NCBI GenBank assembly: GCA_965603825.1
Contig: CBFDEM010000007.1
Location: 1 to 64,000 of the forward strand
Reading direction: 5' to 3'
Source of the DNA: Blepharisma stoltei ATCC 30299
Lineage: Eukaryota > Protista > Ciliophora
Length of the DNA stretch: 64,000 nt
In this document: in pieces, positions 1 to 11,581 of the stretch
How the letters are laid out: every line of letters begins with the position of its first letter
Numbering within the stretch: the first letter of the stretch is position 1
The notes under the pieces: model-generated
Told to the model about the DNA's origin: nothing
What the model saw: only the letters and a program-made list of their open reading frames with translations
The model's database searches: none
Program-made: the position numbers and the translations under genes

Positions 1-61
1 CTAACACCCTAACACCCTAACACCCTAACACCCTAACACCCTAACACCCTAACACCCTAAC
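1..61 (+). repeat. Telomeric repeat (CCCTAACA)n, chromosome end
   Basis: CTAACA + 6 x CCCTAACA + CCCTAAC at the start of the window; CCCTAACA is the heterotrich (Blepharisma/Stentor) telomere unit. Confidence 0.97.
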
Positions 62-646
62 TATCAACAATCATACTAATCTATAAGCACCACAACAAGC
101 AATACTTTAAGTTCTGCAGCCTCATGCTCAGTCAGTAAGCAACTTTACCTTGCCTTTCCAAGCTCATTGACCACAGCGACCGCAAAGACCTCAAGGGTCC
201 AACTTCAATTGACAGGTTTCTACAAACCTGAGTCAGCCATCTCAAGAACTGCAGGATGGGACATATCTGACTATTCCACTTTTAGCTCTTCTAAACTTGA
301 CCAATACAGCAATAAGTTTTCTATTGCAATCAACCAAACAGTAAAACTCAGATTTACGCAGAAAGCTGGCCTAACATTAGCTCAGCCTTTATTGAGTAAT
401 TGTAGGCTCAGGATCTGGGACGACGCCTAGCACTCCTAGCTCTTCAAAAATTTATTATTGCCTGGTACACAAAGCACTTATATCATGTGTGATTCTTGAT
501 AGCAATAACTAGCCTATAGCCTAATCTCCAATGCTGATAGTGTCAAATGTACTTTAGATTATTATGCCTTCACTGTTTATCAGATAATTGGTCAATTTAT
601 TTTCAGAATAACAGCCTCAAGCAGTGCAGCAACTGGAATTTATTAT
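62..646 (+). pseudogene. Decayed internal fragment of the large surface-protein family, cut by the telomere
   Basis: Translates to ...RVQLQLTGFYKPESAISRTAGWDISDYSTFSSSKLDQYSNKFSIAINQ..., colinear with ~57130-57770 and ~42900-43535, with frameshifts and stops. Confidence 0.9.
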
Positions 647-889
647 GAGATAATAAAAGAAATGGAACACACAATTAAAGAATAAATTTCGAAAAAATAT
701 CTCCAATACTGCACATAATTGAATTTAAATTTAGGTAATACTTACAATTAAAACCCTAAAAGCTCTAAATTTGAAAAGCAAAAAATTCCAGAAAAATTAT
801 GTTCTTTCAACTAGTTATTTAAACTGTAAATTTCAAATCTATCTTTATATCTGAAAATGTGAGGTATATCGCTGTTTGCATAGAGAAAA

Positions 890-1170
890 AGAAAGCCTCT
901 CAAGCATAGCTTAAATAACTTTTTAGCTGGGCTGTTTCTGACACTTCCCAACTACCTTAGGGAGTTGATCTTGCAATTTTTGAATAATTAATTTTCTCTT
1001 CAAGTTATCAAATCCAGTTTATAGTATATATTTGTCAACTCAGAGAATTGGCTTATTCCTCAAAAGTCAAAGCCAAATTTTCAAGATTGTTGGCTGGCAT
1101 CGATTCAACAAAAATGCTCTCAGACTATACAATTCACTTTTAAATAAATAACATATTATGGTGCTCAAGC
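890..1170 (-). repeat. Dispersed ~250-bp repeat upstream of small-RNA promoters; other copies ~28290-28560, ~34800-35000, ~35490-35770
   Basis: Shared words such as TTGACTTTTGAGG..ATAAGCC, TTGCAAGATCAACTCCC and GGGAAGTGTCAGAAA; inverted here relative to the other copies, as is the adjacent RNA gene. Confidence 0.75.
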
Positions 1171-1280
1171 CTTCAATTTCTAACTATATCTTTAAAAATT
1201 TAATCAAATAAGTATTAAATTTTTGGATTTTTCTAAATTTAAGCCAAGAGAATAATTTATTTTATTTAGATTTTATAAGC

Positions 1281-1324
1281 TGTCCCATAATGAAAATATT
1301 CATATTTACTTACGTTTATAAAAA
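1281..1324 (+). promoter_or_regulatory. Type-3 Pol III-like promoter (USE TGTCCCATAAT + TATA TTTATAAAAA) of small-RNA copy A
   Basis: USE starts 62 nt and TATA 28 nt upstream of the 5' GG; the USE spacing is the same in all six intact copies and resembles the ciliate ACCCATAA-type snRNA upstream element. Confidence 0.75.
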
Positions 1325-1342
1325 GATGGGCAAATTATAGTT

Positions 1343-1423
1343 GGCTCAATGCCAAGGAGATACTTCTTTTCATCGAACAATGCCTTCGGGCTAAAATTAC
1401 CTCTCCTGGCGCAATAGCTTTTT
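1343..1423 (+). ncRNA. Unclassified structured small RNA, copy A
   Basis: GGCUCAAUGCCAAGGAGAUACUUC-UUUUCAUCGAACA-AUGCCUUCGGGCUAAAAUUACCUCUCCUGGCGCAAUAGCUUUUU; stems GGCU/AGCU and GCC(A)AGGAGA/UCUCCUGGC, C(UUCG)G hairpin, T5 terminator. Confidence 0.8.
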
Positions 1424-2088
1424 ATATCTAATGATCTATTTTTAAATTTTATTTCTGCTTGAATTTCAATAATTCCATAATTTTCAAAGATATGAAGTAA
1501 TTTTGATCATTTGGAAAAATAAGCAGCCTCTAATATATTAAGGTATATTTGGCCTGAGAATTGGGTATTGAAATTTGAAACAGCTGTATTCCACAGTTTT
1601 GATTGGTAAAAAAACTTGAAAAATTGCTTAAAGAGCTTTTCACAAAGATTAGAGTATCATTAACAGCGTCTCTATATGTATAAATGCTAGATGTGATAGG
1701 GGCTTGTGATCAAAGGGACTATTGCTGTAGAAGCTGTTAGAAATGACTTGAAATAATAAACAAATTATAAACTCAAGCTGAATTTGAAGGACTTAGTGCT
1801 GCAGTTGTTACTATAGTCATAGTTTCTGTCTTGCTCTTTAAGAAAATAATTACAGCTCCACTTGCAGCTATCTCTATTTTATTTCCGTTTGCCATAAATC
1901 TCTGAGATCGATAATATTCAGACCAATTGAAAAATTAAGGAAAATATAGACAGCTGATTTATTTTTATTATAACTTTAAATGAGAATTATTTGAAAATAG
2001 GTTATTAAAATAGATTAAATAGAATTTTTAATATTCAAGATAAACCTTCTTATAGTTTAATCATTGCTTTTTAACTCAAGCTAAACTC

Positions 2089-3641
2089 TTAGTAATTGGG
2101 AAGCCCAAAGCAGCTAATATAGATTGCTCCTTTGTTATATGAGTAATAAACTTGATGTGGAAAACCATTGATAACTGATTCTGCTATTTCGTTCCAAGTA
2201 TATTCATCCCCGAACTCACTTTCATATATCAATCCCCTATTAGATTCTATCAAATATAATCTCTCTGCGTTTATTAGGATTTTTCTTTTATCTGTTCCAA
2301 ATTTATAAGGAATTTCTGAAAACCAAAGGTTCCTATTTTTAATCCCAGATATCAAAATTTTTCCGTTAAAAATTACACTATTGCAGCCATAGTCAATTTC
2401 TGGCATTGGAGTTAATTTAATTCATAGACTTTTATCTAACTAGATAGGCAAAAATAGTTGCTCCTCAAGCTTTTTCCTAGACATTTCTATTGAAATAAAT
2501 AGCTGATGAGAAACAGCAAGGTTTTCCAGATGGCAGTATCCGGACCTTAAAACTTTTATCAACAATTAGTGTAATCCCAGAAGCTGGATTTTGCCTAAAA
2601 CGAATAATTCGCCACATGGCAGTTGAGTTATGCATGTGCCATAGTTTAATTCTTCTGGAGCTGTCAATACTTTTCAATCTTCTCTTTTACTTTCAGTATC
2701 GTAAATAATTAAATTTGTTCTGCTATTTTCATCTTTACTTAGAAGATAAAGGCTCGTGATCTTATGATAAGTATCAATGCAATCTTGAAAATTTTTATTA
2801 AGCTGTGGATCAGAATGATAAAGCTGATTCATGCATCAAGCAGATTCTCCTAATTTTTTTTCTATTTCTATATCATTGCTTGCTCTGTTTAGAATCGCAC
2901 GCATATTATCACGAAACTCTTGCTGTTCTAACAATTGATTAATATGGTAATAGCCAAGCTTGCTTTGATTATATTTCGTTTCTTCAGGGTTTTTATTGAA
3001 ATCTTCAATAGATCAAGTAGTTGAGAATCAAGCAGCTTGGCTTTGTGTCTGATTATTTTTTGATTTTTCAAATATTTCTTGATTCTTATTGTTCTTGCAG
3101 ATCTGGCTAGTAACTAAATGATTGAGCTCAAGGCTGCTTGCTTTATCTATCTTTTTTGCGTGCCTTCTAAGTTGGAGAATTTATTACATATAATAGCTTC
3201 AGATTTATCTTTGAAGATTGATTCTAACAAAATCCCAACTTCTTCACTCAGCTCGCAGAACCAATTCGAATTGCTGCTCGAATCTAAGTCTGCTAGAATC
3301 ATCGATTTAATACGCTAAAATGCATTATCAGGCTGTAGCATCAATAGGCTTATAACTGGGTCTTGCTCTTTCTTTGATGTTATATGAGCTTGAAAAATAT
3401 TTTCAATATTGCTAATGTATTTTTCTTTGATAGCACTTTCTTTAATTTTTCTTCAGCAAGAAATGCTAGAACTGCATCTTTGATAGATTGAAAGGGCTAT
3501 AAGAGCAGAAGAATCAATTGTGTGAGTGCTATTGGTTTGCACAAGATGGTTTCTGAAATGCAATTCACAAGAATAAACTTCAGGTGAAGAGCATTGACCT
3601 ATATGTAGAGCTTCAAATTTACAATTTTCCTTGCTAGCCAT
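2089..3641 (-). pseudogene. Zinc-finger (B-box-like)/coiled-coil/Kelch-like propeller gene, disrupted
   Basis: N-terminal C..C..C.xHxxxH...H motif (3453-3641), a charged coiled-coil middle, and C-terminal Kelch-like fragments (SGITLIVD..LPSGKPCCFSSAIYFN; SVIFNGKILISG; YSYNKGAIYISCFG) split by TAA/TAG and frameshifts. Confidence 0.7.
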
Positions 3642-5112
3642 GTTATAAAGTTCACTAATATTTTTTCAATTTTTTATTTATTGGAAGAAGGTGCTAATTT
3701 AAACTCATAAAATTATTTAAAAAATATGATATTCCATCAATTGATATTAAAAATATAAGCATGATATAACACTGTTATGACTTTTTTCCAATATAAATTA
3801 AAATTGATCATTATTCTTTTAGATTTTCTTATAAATTTATAATTGTGATTTCTACAGTTAGAGTTTAGCATTCAATGATATGGTGAGCATGCATTAATAA
3901 TCAGTAATCGTATAAGTGTTTGCAGAAAAAGGTTGCGGAGGGAGATTTTGTATATGTATCTATACTTAAAATAAATAATTAGAGATATTTAAATCAAAAT
4001 TTTAATGCCTTTTTCTTCAACAAATATTTAAAGTACTTAATTTAGGAAATTCACAGGCTATAATTGCAATCAATTATAAGTAATTCGATTTATTTAGAAA
4101 GTTTTAAGCTAAATGAAAACCAAATATTGTAAGATAAATCCCTTTTTTATTATAAGACTGATAAATTTTAATAATTCCTTTTGAAATCTAAAAAAGCTGA
4201 GCTTAATTTTTGATACTTTAATAAAGCTATTCATAACTCATATAATTTGCAATTATTTATAAAATAATTCAATCAAAATACGAAAACGGTCGATTTTTTT
4301 TTAATAGTCCTTAAAGGAAAACTAAAGTCTCAATGTTATATATGCATTATATTTGCATATTTAGAAAATTATTTAAACTCTCCCTGGCTAGATCCCTATT
4401 GTTAGGCCAAGAATTGGCTTTAAAATTTCCAAACAGAAGATTTATAAGGATCGTAAAAAAGAATGAAATGATGGATCACAGCAATAATCTTAAATAATAA
4501 TAAGATTTATAAGTATAATTTTTTATTCTTTATATATGCTATTTAACATAACAATTTTAAGATATCATTAAGATTATTTTCAATATAATGAGTTAGATTT
4601 GTGGATAGCTAAGGCTTTCCGCTTACCAGTGCATATAGAATATCCTTATAATTAGAATACCATATAAATAATCAACTCTATTAATTAAAATCTGTTTATA
4701 TTAGTTTCGATTGGCTTAAATTTTGTCATCAATTCATCATGTGGCATTTTCCTGACTCTGTCTGAAGTTCTCTATTCAGAATATGGAGTTTCTTATATAT
4801 ATTTATCCAAAGAAAATTCCACCTTTATAAATATGCTGATTCAAGTAATTTCCTCTTTTAGCATCCCAGGCGAACTTAGGTGCATGAATTACTTCAAAAC
4901 TTCATTAAAAATTTTGGCCTAATAGCATGGACGATAGAATTTGTTAGCGAGAAAAAGCGAAGTTGATAAATCTTTCAGCTTTTACAAAGCATCTCTACTT
5001 GGGGATAGTTAATAAATTACATCTTTGAAATAATATTTTTAAATTCAGGTAAGGGATTGATTTCGCTTATTACAAGTTAATTTTTCATGGAGAATAATTT
5101 TCTTATAAATAA

Positions 5113-5529
5113 ATGGAAATTGAAATAATAAGAAACAATCCTCAAGAGCCATCTCTCTGTAGCTTCGCCTATCAATTTTATAGGACCATTGAAGGAAGTT
5201 TAATTGGTCACCTTCGAAGGCGTGGTAAAGCCACTTTGTATGAACTAATAGATCATGTAGTTAACAGCAGAAGTCTTCGGACAATACATTCGAAGAAATA
5301 TAGGAACAGAAATATCGAAAAGCTAGCTCTATCCAAGCTTCTGACTAAAAAACACATTTTCATCGAAGGCCAAAGCGGGACTTGGACACTTAATGTAATT
5401 TTTATTCAGGAAAATAATGCAATGGAATACAAGCAACAGAAAATAGTTGAAATTAAAAAAATAAATGAGTCGAAGGGAAAACTGCATGAAAGAGAAAAGA
5501 TAAAGTCCACCGGTGTGAAATCTGATTAA
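5113..5529 (+). CDS. Small basic winged-helix (HARE-HTH-like) putative DNA-binding protein, 133 aa after removing a 15-nt intron
   Basis: Pattern F..T..G....L.....ATL.ELI..V....L....KY.....L....IF.....W.LN, shared with 9036-9479, 36649-37344 and 50127-50834. The fold assignment is by eye. Confidence 0.75.
   Translation: MEIEIIRNNPQEPSLCSFAYQFYRTIEGSLIGHLRRRGKATLYELIDHVVNSRSLRTIHSKKYRNRNIEKLALSKLLTKKHIFIEGQSGTWTLNVIFIQENNAMEYKQQKIVEIKKINESKGKLHEREKIKSTGVKSD
5395..5409 (+). other. 15-nt spliceosomal intron GTAATTTTTATTCAG
   Basis: GT..AG, 15 nt, phase 0, at the same position as the stop-containing introns in the paralogues. Confidence 0.85.
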
Positions 5530-7167
5530 ATTTCGTTTTAATAGCTAAATATTTTTTAGAATTTAAAAATATACAAATGATTATATTTTTTCAATACAGA
5601 GTTGATTTCGACTCCAAATTTCACGAAAATTAGCTAAGAATTTTACTAGTACAAAATGCGATTGAAATTAATTAATCAATTAGCATTAAATGCATTGAAA
5701 AAGTAAAATAATTCAAAATCTGATATTTAAGTCTTAAATATATCCCTTTTGGAGAAAAGATAATTTTTGAAAATTGCCAAAACCAATTTTGGCATCCACA
5801 AATAATTTAAAAAATAGAATCTTGAAGGCTTCACTGCATCAGAAGAAGATAAATCATCAGCATTCTTCTGCTTGAAATCTTCAAAAAATCCTTTTAATCG
5901 AAAATCTAAACTGTTAAAAAGTTATAAAATGGTAAAGCCTTCTTCTTCTATTTTTGAATAAATCCGATTGACTACGTCATAAATTTTCTAACAAAAACTA
6001 ATACTTTACTATTTATATATAGTTGAGCATGTGGAATCAAATGATAATACTTTTATAGCTTCATATAGAAAAATAACGAATTGAGAATTATAATCTAATT
6101 TTCACCGATTAATATTTCATTAAATAGCGATTTTCATGGTTCCTTAACTTCAAAGCTTTTTAGGGCTAAGAAATATAATAAAAAATTAATTTTATAATCT
6201 TCTGAAATAGGACTCTGAAAAACTGCAAATTTAGCATGAATTATTTAAATTTATCATTTAAAAAATTCTTATATGAATAGGCACGGCAAGATAAAACAAA
6301 ATTCCTTAAGTCAAATGCAAAGAAGAAATTATTAAAGCGATACATAATTAGGGTTTAAATTAAATAGAGCAGTCAAAAATTTAACTACTTACTTCAGTAC
6401 AAAAAGATTAATTTTATATTAGACTTAGGGTAATCAGGCTCATGGATAATTTAAACGAAGATTGTTAATAAATATTTATTTAATGCATGCCATTCTAAAT
6501 AAATGATTATTTATTAAATTATTTTGGGTTAGTAAAGGTATTTTTATTTAAAAATAGTTATTTTGCATATTAACTTTAAAATATTTAGACTTGCTGCTTT
6601 TTATTGATAAAAAATTCATAATAAATTTCACTTTAATACGTATTAATATGTCCAATTGGATTTGTCCATTATAAAATTTTAATTCCTGCAGGGCTGCCTC
6701 CTTGTGCTTCTGATGACGCTGAGGATTCTTCTTTGATCTAGGGAAATTCTCTGATTTCAAGAAGCTGGGCACAGTTTAAGGTCCTAGACCACCTTCAATT
6801 TTTTGCCTCATTTCCTAACTTGGAAGCTTATATTGGGAGGAATTCTCAATTTTAGATTGAGGATGCCTCTTAATACCGGCTGCTATGTTCTGAAATTTCC
6901 TCTTCAAACCTTAGGAATCTCTTGCCTTTTCTGTGCAATCCTTAAATGATGCAACAATAGCCACTCCTTCTCACAGCCTTGAATTCAAAATCTTGCTAAG
7001 AGCGAAGTAAAGTGATGGAGAATCTACACAAAATAGAGCATATATAAGGAAAAACTACATTCATGGAGATACCTAACGGCACCAAAAAATGCAACTGATT
7101 GATGATGGTTGACCTTTCTGTGCTTAGCTTTGTATAATCACAGGATTTAGCTAAATTAGAGGGAAGC

Positions 7168-7240
7168 TTCAGCCAAATCGAAACACAAGAAGCCAGTCCT
7201 TTAGGATTTAAAAATTTTATGCTTGCTAATTTAGCAAGGT
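7168..7240 (+). repeat. Dispersed ~60-70-bp repeat; other copies ~7957-8030, ~10666-10712, ~14160-14205
   Basis: Consensus AATCAATTGAAACGCAAGATGCCAGTCCTnTAGGATTTAAAAATTT; reads like the 3' end of a decayed ORF (QIETQDASPxGFKNF). Confidence 0.6.
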
Positions 7241-9035
7241 TAAGTTATTTAACTATGACTTTAGTGAATCAGCTAATTTGTCTTTGTTCAATAGCTATTT
7301 TAAAATTTTCATTGATTTATATTAATTTACTGTGCATTCGGGGCTTTTTAATTGAAAAATTAAGATTATTCAGCTATTTTTTATATTAGCTTTTCAATAA
7401 AAATTTTGACTCTATTTTCCGAAATTTATCTAAGAGGATAGGATATAAATTTTCTTTAAAGTCGCATTGTGAAATTATTTTGGAAGAAAAATATTTTATC
7501 GATTGACTTTAATACGTGGAAATATGCCATACTTGCATTGGCTGTTATAAAATTTATAATTCCAACAGGGCTGTCTTCTTGGGTTTTAATTATAGCCAAG
7601 GTTTCATCTAGAAGACTTCAAAAATTCTTCAGACTGAAAGGCTTTACAGAAATTCAATAAAATCCTCATATATTCCTTTAAGATTTAGCCAGTCCCTGAT
7701 TCCTCCCAAATGTGCTCCTATATCTTAGAAATACCAACTTTACCTCAGCATTTTGCTGAATAGCCAGAATTTAATAAAAAATTATAAATTCTCTCACCCA
7801 CTTTCCTGAACCAAAACCTTTATTTTTTCAAAAATGATAAGCTTAAATTAAAGGCCTACTGAGTGTGAGAACGAGAGAAGATTATCGATGCATAAGAAGG
7901 AGTTTTACCTGAAGAAAATTTAACTCTAAAGCTCTGCTGTCTTCTTTATGAAAACTTCAACTCAATTATAACGCAAGATGCCAGTCCTGTAGGATTTAAA
8001 AATTTTATACTTGCATAATTGCAAGATTTCAATTTATTGATTTATTTATAGATAAATTTAATTTTTTGTCATTTATCTTGCTCAAATATTTATTCAAAAA
8101 ATTTAATCAAAAAATTGCAAATACATAGCAAGCTTTTTCCATAAAATTTATAAATAAATACTTAAGTATACAAAACTTTGAATTTAAATGCAGATTACTA
8201 ATTAGAATATTTACAATATTAAAAGCAGAATTATCAAGGAATTTGAATTAGATTTAGTAATAACTTTAAGATTCTTTTGCTATTTAGATTTAAGGCTAAG
8301 CACTAAATCAGGTATAATATATCCCAAAATTCAATGAATCCACATAGAAAAAGATGTCCAAAAAATCAATTAAGTTTGTAAATTATATGAAAATGGAATT
8401 CAAATATAAAAATTTATATTTTTTATGTTAAATTTTCTAAAATTAAATATTTTGCTTAATGGCCAATTTATTTAATTATGCTTCCATGCTCTATGCAAAT
8501 TTGTATTTCTTGAATAATGGAATTTCCAATTTATCTATATCCTGAACTGAATTAATTATATATCTCTAATTATAAAATGATAAGCTATATGAGTAAATGC
8601 ATTCTTTGCATTACTTGATATAGTGCATGGATTGCTTAAAATCAGTGACTCCTCTTCAAGGAAGAATGAAAATTATAAAATTAGACCAAATAAGGCTTTT
8701 ATGAGATTTTCTGTGCCGAAATAAATTCGATATAAATTTGGCTAAAAATAAAAATGATGGAGATTGCGATAAAAATGAAGATTAGTGATAGGCAATTAAC
8801 ACAAATAAGTGTATAGGCGCGTTACAAATGCCAAGGAATAGATCAGAAATGTCATTCAGCCAATTTAATAATTAAAATAAGCAAATTCAATATAGTAAAA
8901 ATCTATAAGGGATATTAAAGTTATCAAAATGTAATGAAAATAGGCTAAAAGCTCCAAAAAAATTTCATAAAATAGATTTGCCAAGAAAAATTATTGAATT
9001 TTTTTTTATTTTTTAATGCTGCTCTTATAATTAAA

Positions 9036-9479
9036 ATGGAGCTTAACATAACAAGAAATAATTCTACAGAGCCATCCCTCTGCAGTTTTGCCTATCTATT
9101 TTATAGCACAATTGAAGGAACCTTAATTGGATACCTTCGAAGGTGTGGTAAAGCCACTTTACAAGAATTAATAGAGCATGTAGCTAACAGCAAGAACCTT
9201 CGGACAAAGCACTCAAAAAAATATAAAAATAAAAATATCGAAAAATTAGCTCTGTCAAAACTTGCAGCCAATGGGCACATTTTCACCAAAGGCCAAAGCG
9301 GGATTTGGACGCTAAATGTAATTATTATTCAGGAAAACGCTGCTATGGAATATAAGCAACAGAAAATTGTCGAAATTAAAAAAATAAAAGAAATAAAGCT
9401 AAAGAGGCATGAATCCAGGGAAAAAAAGTATAAAAAAGATAAAAACAACTGTAGATGCTTAAAATGTGATATTGATTAG
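9036..9479 (+). CDS. Winged-helix-like protein, paralogue of 5113-5529, with 15-nt intron 9318-9332
   Basis: ATG at 9036 aligns with ATG 5113; intron GTAATTATTATTCAG; the downstream flank is also duplicated (e.g. CCCTTTTGGAGAAAAGA). Confidence 0.75.
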   Translation: MELNITRNNSTEPSLCSFAYLFYSTIEGTLIGYLRRCGKATLQELIEHVANSKNLRTKHSKKYKNKNIEKLALSKLAANGHIFTKGQSGIWTLNVIIIQENAAMEYKQQKIVEIKKIKEIKLKRHESREKKYKKDKNNCRCLKCDID

Positions 9480-11581
9480 CAACTTATTCTAATAAATAAA
9501 ATTTAATTTAGAGTATTAAAAAATACAATAAATTCAGATCTCAGAATTAAGGTTGCTTATTGTCAGTCAAGAGGTAGCTTAATTATATTTAAGATGAGAT
9601 TTACTTAGAAATACACAATGCGACAAAATAAACCTTAATTACGTTGCAAAGGAGTAGAAATTTAAATAATATACCCTTTTGGAGAAAAGAAATTTTATTA
9701 AAATTGAAAAAATAAAATTGGGCCCAAAATTAAATGGAACTCTGAAATATAAAAGTTTTTCTGCTGAATTATAGTCAAATATTCAGCATTTATCTGTTGG
9801 AATTTTAATAAGCCCATAAAGCCAAATTAAAAAGGAAAACAAGAAAAGTAGCTCATTTATGATTTTTTAAATAATAGCAATTGACTTTATCGTCAATAAT
9901 CTAAGTAAATTTAGCTCTTTTCTATAAATAGCTGGGCAGATGAAATTAGATCAGCGCTTTTTATAGATTTGCAAATTTAAATAGTGATGATACTCTAGTT
10001 TGATACCAAAATATTTCTTTCAACACTAATCTTCATTATTATTTAAATTTAAATCATATATAGGAAGAATGAGCATATAAATTTTGTGCTAAAAAATCTA
10101 GATGCTAGTTGAAAATGTAAATAATGCCTAAATAAAGCCGGATGTTGATATTAGGCAATGAAAAAGTAGCAGAAAGTAACCTATCGATCATAATTTCCTT
10201 TTGCTGCAGATGAGTCATTTTATTTCCTAAATTTTATATGATAAACAGTCACCAAAAATGATGCAGATTAAAATCAGAAAGCAACCATCAGTAACTGAGA
10301 AATAAATTTAATGTTTTTTAAATATTCATTTTTCGAGTTCCTCTATGACTGAATTTGATGTAATTTTTTAATAAAGAGCCTCCCATTCCTATTCACTTCT
10401 TTTAGGGTTCAGCTTATTATATGCATTATTCCAATTTTAGTCTGAAATTTAATTTCATATATATTGAATCTCCTGATTTTCTGTGCTATTGCTGGTAAAG
10501 CCTGGATTATAATTTTTTCCCTTATCATCATAAACGCCAACTCTCTTGTTGTAAAAAGACTAACTTATTATAAAGAATGAGGCTTATAGTGAGTAATAAA
10601 AAGCTAAAACTACAAATAATTGACTTGAATGAGATAATAAACTCACCTTCTCTCTATAAGGACTTGAATCAATTGAAACTAAAGATGCCAGCCATTTAGG
10701 ATGCAAAAATTTATTGATAAATTCATATAATAAGTCTATTTATTTTTCAATCTATTTATATCCTTGCTGCACTATTCAATAATTCTGTAATAGAATTGAA
10801 AAAATTAACTATAAGTCAGCTTAATGTCACTTGAAGTTTTAAAGGAAAGAAAAGATTAAAAAGCCCTTTAAGATCAATATTAAGTTTATGATTCAAAATT
10901 AAAGCATAATACAATGTAAAATAGCTGGCATTGCTTGCTTTCTCCCAAAAGAGAATGTATTGTATGGAGCCTAGAAGAAAGATGTGGTTTTATCAATGAC
11001 ACTAAGCAGTCAGTGCTGGTCTGCCATGAAACGAGCAAGAATAATCAATATATAGACTTATGCTTAGATTATGGAAGCTTTTAGCCACTTCATAAAATTT
11101 TGCATTATGAAAGACATAGCTGGTGCTAAAATTACTAAAGAAAGATTTTTTTATTTTTGGATAAGAATATATTGTTTCAGGCTGAGAAAATGATTATTTT
11201 GGATTTGAAATAATGAAGATAGTTTAAAAAAGAAAATATAAGATTTAGCTATCACTTTGGCTGTAGATTAAGTTATAGCATCAGATATTAATTTTTTTAG
11301 AAAATATTTAACTGATGTAGTTTATATTAATGTAGGCAATGATTTTAATCAATTAAATATATGCATATAAGAATTTTTGATTTTATTATAATGGATTTGT
11401 GGAATCAAAACACTATGAGGATGGAGAGAGTCCTAATTATAAATTATTATTGGAGTGAATTTGAGTATATGCATTATTGAAGTGTTATTTATATAGTTAC
11501 CAAAAAAGTTCATTTCTTAATAAGCCAAAAGATATAATTGCAATTCCATTTCATATAAAATATAAAAAATAAATTACTATA

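Noticed and set aside
1343-1423. Small RNA as telomerase RNA, tRNA or tRNA-Sec, U6, or spliced-leader RNA
   Set aside because: No CCCUAACA-type template, no cloverleaf or T-loop, no ACAGAGA box; the AG|GUAAU donor-like word is on the strand opposite the promoter.
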